From the IMG/VR virus record IMGVR_UViG_3300044708_000034, positions 1 through 40,034 of that record: a DNA stretch of 40,034 nucleotides. One strand, written 5' to 3'. Shown here piece after piece: positions 7,344 through 17,095 of this stretch. Below the pieces are notes generated by a model that saw only the letters and a list, made by a program, of their open reading frames with translations, searched no databases and was not told the origin of the DNA. How positions within the stretch are numbered: the first letter of the stretch is position 1; every line of letters begins with the position of its first letter. Origin of the DNA: a virus. Its lineage: Duplodnaviria > Caudoviricetes. The translations under genes were made by a program, and so were the position numbers.

Positions 7344-7926
7344 TCCCAATCCGGCCAAAGACCGAATACCCGCGATAACCCAGATCCGGATTATTTCGGA
7401 CGACATCGATGCCCAAGCGGAACGGGCCAAGGTCGCGGTCGATGAATCCGCCGTATCTCTTATTAATGCGGTCATAGAGAGCGCCCATTGCCCATTTCAG
7501 TTGGCGCTGCTGGGCTGGCATCTGAACTGGAATGTCAATCCCGCCGACAATCTCACCGTCCGATGATGTAGCGATCACCCTGTGCGTATCGTCTTTCATT
7601 GCGACAAGGCCAAGGTCGATATGCACCGGCTCGCAATTGGTCGCGGCATTCAGCGCGGTTGTTGCCTTTGGCTTGGGCTTTACGGTCAACGTCACCGCGC
7701 GCTCAAGCTTCGCGCCTGGCAGCTCCTTCACGGCATCTTTGATTGATTCCGGTACCGGCGCGTCGGGCACGCGTTCCAGCACGTGTGCACCATCTGGCAA
7801 GATGATGGAAGGCGCAGCGGTTTCAACATGCACGGCAACTGGATGCCATAGTGCCCAGCCAATTAACAGGCCAAGCAATACGCAAGCCGAGAGGTGCATC
7901 CAACGCGGAATGATTGGAATGTTCAT
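7333..7926 (-). CDS. Membrane-anchored lysis-cassette protein (spanin position)
   Basis: N-terminal TM helix; C-terminal amphipathic beta strands ending GIRF; last late gene. Confidence 0.7.
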   Translation of the reverse strand: MNIPIIPRWMHLSACVLLGLLIGWALWHPVAVHVETAAPSIILPDGAHVLERVPDAPVPESIKDAVKELPGAKLERAVTLTVKPKPKATTALNAATNCEPVHIDLGLVAMKDDTHRVIATSSDGEIVGGIDIPVQMPAQQRQLKWAMGALYDRINKRYGGFIDRDLGPFRLGIDVVRNNPDLGYRGYSVFGRIGIRF

Positions 7927-8540
7927 AACGCACCGCCTTGATCCGCAATAGGTGCGTCATCGACCACCTTGTCATGCCAGCGTGTATCAATCTTCATGCT
8001 GAGTGATCCGTCGTTATTGCTATGTCGCTCGCCGCACTTTTCGCACGACAGGGTTTCTTGATAGGCACGGCCTTGTTTGTTTGGCCTGACTTGAGGCCAT
8101 TTGCCGCTATGCTTGCAAGTAAGGCAAACGTAATGCGGTTCTATCTCAACATGAGTACCGGGTGGGCGCGTAGTCCAACCTTCAGCGGATGGCTGCGATT
8201 CACTTTTTATTTCATAGAAAGCGAACGGAAAGATTTCATGTTTAATTGCTGGCTTAGCATCATTTCCCAATAGATACGCGGAACAGTACCACGCACCGTG
8301 CATCCCAATGCCGTCTGGATACGCTAAACCGGCACCGCATTTGCACACGGCATAGGCAGAGAAAGACAGTTCATATACGGTAAAATGATTCTTGCCTAAA
8401 GCAATATCACTTAAACGTTGTTTAGTGCGTTCAGCTTCGGCTTTACATTCTTGGTTGAAGGCTTCAAGCGCTGCGTTCTGCCCGCAATCTCTGGCGCGTG
8501 CTTCCGCCAAAGCGATTAATAATTCATTCAGCTTACTCAT
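7923..8540 (-). CDS. Cys-rich hypothetical protein within the lysis cassette
   Basis: CKCG, WYCS, CLTC, CEKC; ATGA overlaps. Confidence 0.75.
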   Translation of the reverse strand: MSKLNELLIALAEARARDCGQNAALEAFNQECKAEAERTKQRLSDIALGKNHFTVYELSFSAYAVCKCGAGLAYPDGIGMHGAWYCSAYLLGNDAKPAIKHEIFPFAFYEIKSESQPSAEGWTTRPPGTHVEIEPHYVCLTCKHSGKWPQVRPNKQGRAYQETLSCEKCGERHSNNDGSLSMKIDTRWHDKVVDDAPIADQGGAL

Positions 8541-8905
8541 TTCGGCACCCGCGGCGTTGCTGAAATCTTAGACTCCAGATCCGGGAAGTACTTGTATAAG
8601 AGTCGGGTACCGATCAAGTACACCATCGGCGCGAATAGCGTGCCGGCAGCGAGTCCCCATGCGAAGCCCAAGAGAGTTGGCCACAACAATACGGTAATAG
8701 TCAGACCGGTCATTGCGGTAGTGATGTACCAAACGCGCCATGGGCCGTTTGGAATGCTTGGTGTGTTGATCACCACGACCTTCACCAACTGAGTTACACC
8801 AATTGCCGTCAGCGTGCCGATGACGACCGCATCAAACTGCGTATGCGCAAGCAGCGTTGCGAACGCCTCTGCGAGAAAATTGAAAATCGATTGTGCTGTG
8901 CTCAT
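8537..8905 (-). CDS. Putative holin (about 3 TM segments)
   Basis: Hydrophobic segments; ATG at 8905 overlaps the endolysin stop. Confidence 0.65.
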   Translation of the reverse strand: MSTAQSIFNFLAEAFATLLAHTQFDAVVIGTLTAIGVTQLVKVVVINTPSIPNGPWRVWYITTAMTGLTITVLLWPTLLGFAWGLAAGTLFAPMVYLIGTRLLYKYFPDLESKISATPRVPK

Positions 8906-9369
8906 GCTTGCAAAACTCCTGGCTTGTAGACTGTATGGCCTTCGATTACGCACGCGGTCAGTATCGATCGCTTTGGTAGATCACCAACTTTCGGAACGCT
9001 TGCATGCGTCCAGCGTCCGAACTCGTGAATCAATTGATTGAATGGCAAGTTCATTTCTTTTATTGCCATGGTCGCGGCATATGGCGTATAGCCAGCAACG
9101 AGAAAGTCTGCAGCACGTCCATCGATATGTTCAGAACCCAGTGCACCGCCGATTGCATTGTTTAACCAGGTGGGACGTAGACCGCTGGTGATTGTGATCA
9201 CGCGACCAAGCTGGTCACGAATTGGCTGCAGCACGTTCTCGCAAAGCAAACGCAGATTCGTGACGTTCTGATCAGTTGGTATGATTTCGCAGCCCATGCG
9301 CGCGGCAATTTGGCTGCTGATGAACTCGCGCAGCCAGAAGCTTTTCGACAGTTGAATATCTGTGTTCAT
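8902..9369 (-). CDS. Endolysin, peptidase M15 family
   Basis: LSKSFWLREF..ITSGLR..LNNAIGG..SEHIDGRAADF..LIHEFGRWTHAS. Confidence 0.9.
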   Translation of the reverse strand: MNTDIQLSKSFWLREFISSQIAARMGCEIIPTDQNVTNLRLLCENVLQPIRDQLGRVITITSGLRPTWLNNAIGGALGSEHIDGRAADFLVAGYTPYAATMAIKEMNLPFNQLIHEFGRWTHASVPKVGDLPKRSILTACVIEGHTVYKPGVLQA

Positions 9370-9563
9370 TGTTGTGGTGGTTTCCAACCGTGCGTGACAA
9401 GGATCAACCAAAGCAATGCAACGATCGCAAGTGCAGCAAGGCTCTTGAGTCCCCAGCGACCGACCTCTGCGAATTTGTCATCGAGCCATTCACGCATTGC
9501 TTCCTTCATAGCGTCCTTAATGTCTTCACGCCGATGGTTTTGCTTTTCTTGTTGGTCGGTCAT
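9366..9563 (-). CDS. Small single-TM protein (holin/antiholin-like)
   Basis: Charged N-terminus, one TM, directly upstream of the endolysin. Confidence 0.7.
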   Translation of the reverse strand: MTDQQEKQNHRREDIKDAMKEAMREWLDDKFAEVGRWGLKSLAALAIVALLWLILVTHGWKPPQQ

Positions 9564-10120
9564 TTCGCACCACCCGAAATAACTGGGAAGCCATTGGGAT
9601 ACCAGCCGAGCTGGAAGTACTTTGTATGCGCTGAATTTTCCCAGCGATAGAACGGACCGCCCTTCCAGCGGAATACAAAGCGCAAGTTGTTTGCCGAGTT
9701 ACGCCATGCACTCCAGAGATATGCACCCCAGCGTGATGCTTCCGGGTTGTATTCGACATTGCCACACAAGCCAGTAACCACACCGTCTTCGTCGTTACCC
9801 CATACGCGATTGAGCCAAGCCCATGACCATATCTCGATGGTCTTCTTTGGCAGGCCAAGTTCTCGCTGCCAGTCGGCTTGATAGATTTGTTCGACTGGTG
9901 TCCACGCACGCATTGCGCAAGGTGCAATTAACAACAGCCAACCGATGATGGCCGCATCCAGGGCAACAACTTGAACAGCAGCGAAATAACACCAGCCGAA
10001 TGGTTTTGCTGTTCTGGCGCCAGTGCAGAGCATCCATAGCGGCACAATGATCGCCGGGACAACTTGCATGCATAGCAATGCCTGCCAGATAAAGAGCAAC
10101 GTCTTCAGCAGAATGATCAT
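9560..10120 (-). CDS. Trp-rich phage membrane protein
   Basis: WGNDEDG..YLWSAWRNSANNLR; operon coupling. Confidence 0.7.
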   Translation of the reverse strand: MIILLKTLLFIWQALLCMQVVPAIIVPLWMLCTGARTAKPFGWCYFAAVQVVALDAAIIGWLLLIAPCAMRAWTPVEQIYQADWQRELGLPKKTIEIWSWAWLNRVWGNDEDGVVTGLCGNVEYNPEASRWGAYLWSAWRNSANNLRFVFRWKGGPFYRWENSAHTKYFQLGWYPNGFPVISGGAK

Positions 10121-10122
10121 GG

Positions 10123-10542
10123 TTACACCAGCTTTTTGCGGAGTTGAATTTTCAGCTTGCGAATCGCATCAAGGTTGTCGCGCGCAACCATGTTGTCGGG
10201 TTCTGCAATAACCTCATCGAGTGCGCGTAGGTGTTTTGCATCGAGCAGTTGCAACTGCGCAAGCGCCTGCGCTTTATCTTGTTGCTTCTTTATGATGTCT
10301 GGCTTGATCTGCCAGCGCTTCGTGTCAGTTATCCATTCGTGATCGTCATTTGGTTGCGGCGGCTGATAGTCAACCACGGTGCCGGTTTCAATATCAACGC
10401 TATACGCTAAATGATCAATCACGCCATCGATGGCGCCGCAACCATCAGGGATATTCTTCTTCAGCAATTCTTCATCGCTTGCCGAAATAGTCATTCCGTT
10501 GAAAATCCCTGTGGCTGGATCGTACAAACTGCAAGTTTTCAT
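10123..10542 (-). CDS. Tail fibre assembly-like protein
   Basis: PPQPNDDHEW....KRW motif; follows the tail tip gene. Confidence 0.65.
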   Translation of the reverse strand: MKTCSLYDPATGIFNGMTISASDEELLKKNIPDGCGAIDGVIDHLAYSVDIETGTVVDYQPPQPNDDHEWITDTKRWQIKPDIIKKQQDKAQALAQLQLLDAKHLRALDEVIAEPDNMVARDNLDAIRKLKIQLRKKLV

Positions 10543-13500
10543 GCCTTGATTGCCTCGCCTTTGACCACAATGTTTTTGATGTCTACAAAGACTGGTGTTC
10601 CGGTCGCTGCGGATTTTGCATTCGCGTAGTAAGTCTGCGTAGTGCCCGCAGCCAATGAAAAAGTATATTCACGTGCAATTGAATAGATGCTGCTGGCACT
10701 GGTATTGTTATAAGCGACTGTGTCGTTGTTGTTTGTACCCGTCGATGATGTATCAATAGCAACATCCAAACTAACCGGATTTGTTGAACCGCTTGCCGGT
10801 AATGTCGTTGTTGCTGTTACGGTTACAACAATTTTGGTATTAAACGCATAGGGCCCCAATGTTACGGATCCCAGGGCAACACGCGTAACGGCACTTGTAA
10901 TCTGAGAGACCAGCGACACTGTCGAAAACACGACGTCTGTTGCTGCATTCGCAGCCAACTGAATCGTATCAACCACTGAAAGATTCGTGGTCGGCCCATA
11001 GCGCAGCGAGTTACATCCGGAGCCAACACCGTTGAAGCTGGAATCCATAAACAGCGTCAGTGAACTGATGGATACCGTTCGAATCGAAACGCCATCCTTC
11101 CAATAAGTCACTGTGCTGCCATCATAAGTGATGGCCATCACTGTCGATGTCACATAGGTGCCGCCCAATGCGGAGCCAACCTCCGACCCGGCCTCATAGA
11201 TTCGCAGCGTTCCTGAGCTGTCGCAGTACCACGCATAATCAAGCGATGTGTAACTTTGATCTGTAAGCGGATCGGTATTCAAGCCAACCATGAAAGCGAG
11301 GTTTGTTTGATTTGCTTTGAATGTCACATGGCATTGCTGATATCCGATAACCGAATAACAATCACTGTCCCATGCGCCTGACCCGCCAATCTTCTGAATG
11401 CTCGCATCAGATACAACGCAATTGCCCCGCGTTAGATAGGGCGACGGCGTAACCATTCCAGTAGGGCCAAAAAACACATTGCGTGCCGACCCATTGGGAG
11501 TATAGAAACTGGAATCGAGTGCGAATGTTTTGTTCTTGTCAAGAACACTGCGCTGCATCGTCCCGTCTTTGAAATACATCACCCGCTGACCGTCGTATTC
11601 GATGCGCAGTACGGTTGTAGTGGTGTATGTGCCAGCTGTTGCAGCGCTTGATCCGTTCTCATAGATGCTGAGATTTCCAGCTGCGTCACAGTACCACGCA
11701 TAATCAAGCGATGTGTAACTTTGATCAGTCGTCGGATCTGAATTCAGGCCGATCATCAACTCGCTATTCGTCTGGTTTGCACTGAATGAAACCGCGCACC
11801 CGCTGGAGAACGTTTGCAGGCTGTAGCAATCCGAATCCCATGCCGATGATCCGGAGGCGTTCTTGAATATTGAATTTCCAATGACTGCGCATGCGCCACG
11901 TGGGATCAAGGTCAATCCGTTCGCTGTCGTGATCTGCGAACTGCCAGCCGTCACAGTATATGAGTAGGCCGTGAGCGATCCCATTGATTCAAGCCCGCCA
12001 CCAAAGATGTTAAAACTCTGGAACTTGAAGTAGAGAGTCTGTCCGATCATTCCAGGATCGAACGGCATGCGGAAGATTGAACCATCAAGGCGAATGAATC
12101 GGGTGGCACTGGAATGCGAACCTGAAATGCTTCCATATTTGCCGCGCCGCAAATAGGTCAAGTTGTAAGCACCAGCACCTGTCAGCGTCGCTGTGCTATA
12201 TGACATGATCTCGCCATCAACATAGATCAGCGTATTCATGTTGTCAGCGTCGGCCGTTGATCCTGAGCTCATGACTGCAGCGGTATTATTGAGCTGAATA
12301 CTCAACGTGTGCGTGCTGTCAGGGTCGCTGCCACTGGCAAGCGATGCAGTCAATGTTCCATAGCGCGCACCACTATATATCGTTCCAACGCTGACATAGT
12401 TGGTATTGTCGCGGCTCATCAATACGCGACAGCCACCCCAATTGCTGGACGCGCTGGGCCCGCCTACCGCAATCCAGATTTCATAACCACCACCGGGATC
12501 AACCAGCAAAGCTGGTGCGGTAATAATGTATGGTGCCTGCACGCTACCTGGTGCAGTCGCATAGTTTGCGTAGTAACCCTGCTCCGCTTGGAAGTTATAG
12601 ACAGGCGCACCGGCAGGGCCGAGCGGCAGTTCTTCAGCGGTGATGGTTATCTCATCTTCTTCGGAATCTTCGACCTCCGTAATGCGCACACGCTGATTCA
12701 CTAATCCAAGGCCGCTATCATTAAGCGCCACAATGTCCATCGGCTCAAGCAAGCAGTAATCGACGCGCACCTTGAATTGATACGCACATCGGTAATACAA
12801 ATTGCGCTGCAGCAGTATCTGCGCAACGGCGCGCGCAACGACACCCGTTGTGATCATGTGTGCGGTCTTCGTTTGCGAAACACGCATACCGTTTAGCGAT
12901 ATGTCCTGTGCGTCGCTGGCCTCCATGATCGCGGTGTTATAGTTGTTGGCGCGATTCAGGTATTCCAGTCGCACCACATTGCGCATGTCCGATTGCGCTT
13001 TGCGTGATACCTGTACCGGGTCGTCGCCTTCCTCGTAGATGTAATCATCATCGCCGAAAGTGAATAGCGGCGTCATGTTTGGCGTGTAGGTTGCGCCATT
13101 GCCAGTGACTGAAGCATCAGCCAGCGGCACAATATTCAAAACGCCAGCCGATTCGAATGCCTGGCTGTTTGTTGTTTCGAGCAGCTCTTTGATGAAGTCC
13201 ATTGCGGGCCGCTGCGATGTTTCAATGGGGCTGATGAAAAATCCCATCGCCTTGCAATAATTTTGGTAGTTCGTCAGTGAACCCAGCGCATTGAAGTTGC
13301 AACCATGATTCGCATCAGTGCAATAGTCAGTGAGGATGGCGGACGGCTCTGCATCGAAAATGCCATTGAGGCCATACTGCTGCAGCCCGTTAATCTCAAA
13401 GCTCAAGTTTGGCAGCGCGGGCGAGTCTTTCAGATCGAATGCACCCGATGCCAGATATGCCGTGTGATCATACGGTATGGCCTGCGTCGGAAAGTTCGTC

Positions 13501-13967
13501 GTCAAGTAAGACCAGGTGGTCTGGCCGCCAGTGCCATAGAACAGCGTCAATCCAAGCGCGCCGATGGTAGTGATGGTTTTATCGGCCCATACATTGCCGA
13601 TGCCGGTAATACTTCCCTCGCATAAGAATCCAAGCAGTGATGCGCTATAGGTGAATGATGATTGAGCGCCGCCACCACCACCGCCACCTTTACCACCACC
13701 ACTACTTGATGATGGCGTTGCTTTGAAATTAGCGTACCAGCCCAAATTCCATGCCAGACGTTGCTGCCCATAGATGAGCGGAACGGGATCACCATAGATG
13801 CTTTTCTGAACTTCGATGCCGTTGTAACGGCTTTCCGCCGGAGTATCTTTTTTGTCCTTAAATATTGCCTTGTAGAGAGTCTTTCCGAGAAACGCGCCGA
13901 CCGGGTCGCCACTGAAAATATTCTGAACCCAGTTATTCGGGTCATTTGGCTTACCAAAGAACCCCAT
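10539..13967 (-). CDS. Tail tip / host-specificity protein (J-like) with duplicated C-terminal beta domain
   Basis: YGDPVPLIYG, LCEGSI..IGNVWAD, LPNLSFE, LEPMDIV, LRRGKYGS; TAATG overlap with the NlpC gene. Confidence 0.88.
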   Translation of the reverse strand: MGFFGKPNDPNNWVQNIFSGDPVGAFLGKTLYKAIFKDKKDTPAESRYNGIEVQKSIYGDPVPLIYGQQRLAWNLGWYANFKATPSSSSGGGKGGGGGGGAQSSFTYSASLLGFLCEGSITGIGNVWADKTITTIGALGLTLFYGTGGQTTWSYLTTNFPTQAIPYDHTAYLASGAFDLKDSPALPNLSFEINGLQQYGLNGIFDAEPSAILTDYCTDANHGCNFNALGSLTNYQNYCKAMGFFISPIETSQRPAMDFIKELLETTNSQAFESAGVLNIVPLADASVTGNGATYTPNMTPLFTFGDDDYIYEEGDDPVQVSRKAQSDMRNVVRLEYLNRANNYNTAIMEASDAQDISLNGMRVSQTKTAHMITTGVVARAVAQILLQRNLYYRCAYQFKVRVDYCLLEPMDIVALNDSGLGLVNQRVRITEVEDSEEDEITITAEELPLGPAGAPVYNFQAEQGYYANYATAPGSVQAPYIITAPALLVDPGGGYEIWIAVGGPSASSNWGGCRVLMSRDNTNYVSVGTIYSGARYGTLTASLASGSDPDSTHTLSIQLNNTAAVMSSGSTADADNMNTLIYVDGEIMSYSTATLTGAGAYNLTYLRRGKYGSISGSHSSATRFIRLDGSIFRMPFDPGMIGQTLYFKFQSFNIFGGGLESMGSLTAYSYTVTAGSSQITTANGLTLIPRGACAVIGNSIFKNASGSSAWDSDCYSLQTFSSGCAVSFSANQTNSELMIGLNSDPTTDQSYTSLDYAWYCDAAGNLSIYENGSSAATAGTYTTTTVLRIEYDGQRVMYFKDGTMQRSVLDKNKTFALDSSFYTPNGSARNVFFGPTGMVTPSPYLTRGNCVVSDASIQKIGGSGAWDSDCYSVIGYQQCHVTFKANQTNLAFMVGLNTDPLTDQSYTSLDYAWYCDSSGTLRIYEAGSEVGSALGGTYVTSTVMAITYDGSTVTYWKDGVSIRTVSISSLTLFMDSSFNGVGSGCNSLRYGPTTNLSVVDTIQLAANAATDVVFSTVSLVSQITSAVTRVALGSVTLGPYAFNTKIVVTVTATTTLPASGSTNPVSLDVAIDTSSTGTNNNDTVAYNNTSASSIYSIAREYTFSLAAGTTQTYYANAKSAATGTPVFVDIKNIVVKGEAIKA
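11224..11726. repeat. 38-bp exact direct repeat (11224-11261 and 11689-11726) in the duplicated domains
   Basis: CAGTACCACGCATAATCAAGCGATGTGTAACTTTGATC occurs twice. Confidence 0.9.
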
Positions 13968-14410
13968 TAGAAAAGACTCCAAACACTATCAAGCCGATGT
14001 TCATGCGTGCGCATTTCGCAAAGCTCAACGTTTCCATGCGGCTTGTAAGCGTGAATCATCATTTCATGATCAACAATGATTGCGCCGTGCGCAGCCGTTC
14101 TGCCAAACCGATAGAGTGCGATGTCACCAGGCTTTGCATCTGCCAATTCAATGCGATGACTGTATTGCTCCATGCCAGCCATGTAGCGTTCTTCGTCACG
14201 ATGCAGATACCATTCCGCCTCGTATGGGCGCGGGTCGAAGTCAGTGGGCACCATCCCGACCGCTTGATAGACGCGCACCAGAATCATTGCGCAATCAACA
14301 CCAATACCCTTGATGTCGCCAAGGTGATGGTATGGAGTACTGAGCCATGACCTTGCCTCATCGACAATGCGCATGCGCAATATCGCGTCTTCGTTATCGT
14401 TAAGGCACAT
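13967..14410 (-). CDS. NlpC/P60 tail-associated peptidase
   Basis: EARSWLSTPYHH..GVDCA..PGDIALYRFGR..HGAI..IHA. Confidence 0.9.
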   Translation of the reverse strand: MCLNDNEDAILRMRIVDEARSWLSTPYHHLGDIKGIGVDCAMILVRVYQAVGMVPTDFDPRPYEAEWYLHRDEERYMAGMEQYSHRIELADAKPGDIALYRFGRTAAHGAIIVDHEMMIHAYKPHGNVELCEMRTHEHRLDSVWSLF

Positions 14411-15377
14411 AGGTAATCTGCTTAGAGTTGCCGCTATAACCAGAGCCGACGCGGATTTCTTTCTGTCCACCAGTGGTGGGCGCGGCCTGCACATTGGCTG
14501 CGCCACCGTCGTATGGCGTCTCTGGGTTTGGAATGTAGGGGTAGCCACGAAAGTGAATCGTGTTGCTGAACTTAGATGCACAGGTGGCCTGCAACTTGTC
14601 GCAGCCGGGAACAATCGAGAATGTATCGCCCGCCGTTGGCACAGAGGGTAACGGGTAGATCATCGTCACCACACCGCTGGTATGCAGGAATGACTTGATG
14701 GTGCGAGACAATCCGTTGTTTGCGCCGCTGGTAAACGTGATTACGCCAAGATCAAAATAACCATCAGCCTGAGTAAGGCCGGTGTTGAATGTGATGTTTG
14801 TTGGCGTTCCGCTGACGGCTCCAGTGTTGGTATAGGTCGCTTTGACGAGTCCACACCCAGTATCAAACAACGCATGCAGACAGGCCGATTGATACACATT
14901 GCGCGGCATCGGCAAGTTCAATTGAGAAATGACGTTATTGCATGACAGTGTTGCCATCCGACGCCCTGGCGTAACCTTATCAATGCTTCCGCGCCACCAT
15001 GGCACTGCACCAGGTGATGTATCCGTCCAACTCGACAGGAATATTTTCGACATCAGCACATCGGCGTTATCCAACAATCCGAGCGAGCACGCTTTCAGTA
15101 TTGGTAAGCCGCCAACAATCGGTCCGCCACCGGGATCATCAAATTGCGGCGCAATGGAAATATCAAGGCTTCCGATCTGTAGTCCCGCTTTCTGGCTGAT
15201 TGATCCACGCTTGATCATTAAGTTGGTTGCATAAGTATTGCCACCGACCGGCGGCAATGCCTCTGCCGTCGTGAATCGATATGTGCCACCACCTTTCAGC
15301 GTGATGTCATACATATCGGCACGGTAGAACTGACCACTCGAAAGAATGGCCAAGGTTGCTGCGCTCGCTGATTTCAT
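14400..15377 (-). CDS. Baseplate hub protein (DUF2163/BR0599, GTA-like)
   Basis: CLHALFDTGCG; PGCDKLQATCASKFSNTIHFRGYPYIP. Confidence 0.9.
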   Translation of the reverse strand: MKSASAATLAILSSGQFYRADMYDITLKGGGTYRFTTAEALPPVGGNTYATNLMIKRGSISQKAGLQIGSLDISIAPQFDDPGGGPIVGGLPILKACSLGLLDNADVLMSKIFLSSWTDTSPGAVPWWRGSIDKVTPGRRMATLSCNNVISQLNLPMPRNVYQSACLHALFDTGCGLVKATYTNTGAVSGTPTNITFNTGLTQADGYFDLGVITFTSGANNGLSRTIKSFLHTSGVVTMIYPLPSVPTAGDTFSIVPGCDKLQATCASKFSNTIHFRGYPYIPNPETPYDGGAANVQAAPTTGGQKEIRVGSGYSGNSKQITYVP

Positions 15378-17095
15378 AACTTGACCGAAATGAATTCAAG
15401 CGAATCGAGCTGCCACCATTTGTACATATGCTTGACGAAATCAAGCGTGTCAGTGGTGAAGCGACAGCGGTAAAAAAACGAACCTGTCCATGTCATGAGT
15501 GCGCCAGTGACTGGTGCAACAGCAAGCGTGATGATGCCGGTTGCGCCGAGCGTGTAGTCAGTGACGCCGACGGCTGCTGTTGTGGTGGGGATGTATGCTG
15601 TTGGGAAATAGGCGGACATCAATGAATTCAATTCTATTTGCGCTCCCCACAAGTAAATCCCATGTCCGACAGTTCCGGCATATGTTGGCGTCGCATTTGC
15701 CTGAGCCGTTCCTAATATCATTTGAATATTTGAAGAGGTAGCGGATTTTGTTGAAACGATAAAAATCCTATACCAACCATTTGGATAAGCGGTAATACCA
15801 GCACTTGGAGTGGACCAATTCGGACCTGTAGAAACAGCTGACCCCAATGATCCAGCACCACTTAAGTTAAAATAGTAATAAGCCGACTGATTGCCGGTTG
15901 TTTCTGTCAATTGAAGATAGCACCACGATGTCGTTGATGCCTTTACCCAACACGAAGCCGTAACAGTTGCGTTACCAATAGAGCTTAGTGGTTGTTCATA
16001 TGCATAGTGCTGAGCGTTGGCCGTTGTTTCATTTATCAAATAGGCGGATGCATCGCCGCGAGGTGAAGTAACTGGCCCAGTTGGGTTTGCATTTGTGAAA
16101 GTCCATGTTGTATTTAAATTTTCACTCTGAATCGCATAATTTGTGCGCGGCACTGAATACAGAAGCTGATTGCCCTGCCAATCATTGCGATAAATTACCG
16201 GTGCGCCGTTGAAATTCTGGATAATGTTCGGCCAGCCAGGTCCGCCGGTCTTTTGGAATTTTGCGGTAAGCTGGAATGCACTCGTTGCGCCATCGCCAGT
16301 TCCGAACTGTTCTGCGGTTACAGTGTTGAAGTCAGGATCTTGATACAAGAACGTATCGAACTGCCCCTGCATCGCTTCAAACAATCCATCGATTGCGCGC
16401 AATTCGCTACCACCACTGGGTACCGATGTTGTCGGTATATAGGTTGTTGCATTTTGGCCGGTTTCTATTTGCCCGCCCCACATGGAAATGTCCGCTGTGC
16501 TTGATGGCTCAAGGCTTCCAATTAAATATAGATCAATGATTGCAAAAGCATTGGCAGAATTAACTGAGAATGAAAATCTCTGCCAATTCGGAGTAACAGA
16601 GAAAAGACGGGACGCAACATTTTGATCCACTTCTAATAGAATATTTCGAGTTGTTCCATCATTTGTTTTCATCCAAATTGATGAAGTTGTGGATTGGCCC
16701 CCAAGAGCAGTGACAATATTCGAATATATCCGAGAAAAATCAGACGATGTGGTACCCGCGCCACGATTGAAGAAAACGCGATCCGCTGTAAAAGTACCGT
16801 CTGGTGCTTGCGAATAATTTGGCGTAATTACTGGAGGAACCCCCGTTCCATTGTTTGTTTTGGTCCAACTACCGCCAGCGTCTAAATCTTGTGACCAAAT
16901 ACAATAGTTTGTCTGGTTGTAATCATCACGCAGCAATTCGTATTGCAGGTTGAACTTCACCCGTGGGTATTGCATGAAAGAGAATCGCGACTCTTTTCCG
17001 CTCACTGCTTCTTGGACAGATGTCTTGAATATGGGCGTGCGAGTAACCCCGAACAGAATGCCGGGAATGTTGGACGGGAAAACGAGACTGCTCAT
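15374..17095 (-). CDS. Distal tail protein (DUF2460) with two inserted carbohydrate-binding-like domains
   Basis: AVSGKESR, QFGTGDGATSAFQL, GSFFYRCRF..D; two inserts TN..WG.QIE..YIPTT. Confidence 0.85.
   Translation of the reverse strand: MSSLVFPSNIPGILFGVTRTPIFKTSVQEAVSGKESRFSFMQYPRVKFNLQYELLRDDYNQTNYCIWSQDLDAGGSWTKTNNGTGVPPVITPNYSQAPDGTFTADRVFFNRGAGTTSSDFSRIYSNIVTALGGQSTTSSIWMKTNDGTTRNILLEVDQNVASRLFSVTPNWQRFSFSVNSANAFAIIDLYLIGSLEPSSTADISMWGGQIETGQNATTYIPTTSVPSGGSELRAIDGLFEAMQGQFDTFLYQDPDFNTVTAEQFGTGDGATSAFQLTAKFQKTGGPGWPNIIQNFNGAPVIYRNDWQGNQLLYSVPRTNYAIQSENLNTTWTFTNANPTGPVTSPRGDASAYLINETTANAQHYAYEQPLSSIGNATVTASCWVKASTTSWCYLQLTETTGNQSAYYYFNLSGAGSLGSAVSTGPNWSTPSAGITAYPNGWYRIFIVSTKSATSSNIQMILGTAQANATPTYAGTVGHGIYLWGAQIELNSLMSAYFPTAYIPTTTAAVGVTDYTLGATGIITLAVAPVTGALMTWTGSFFYRCRFTTDTLDFVKHMYKWWQLDSLEFISVKL

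Noticed and set aside
7880-7926. LSAC lipobox in ORF 7333-7926
   Set aside because: The hydrophobic stretch follows the Cys instead of preceding it, so it is not a signal peptide II
11224-11726. Tail-tip repeat as a second VR/TR pair
   Set aside because: No similarity to TR, differences not adenine-restricted, both copies in-frame coding
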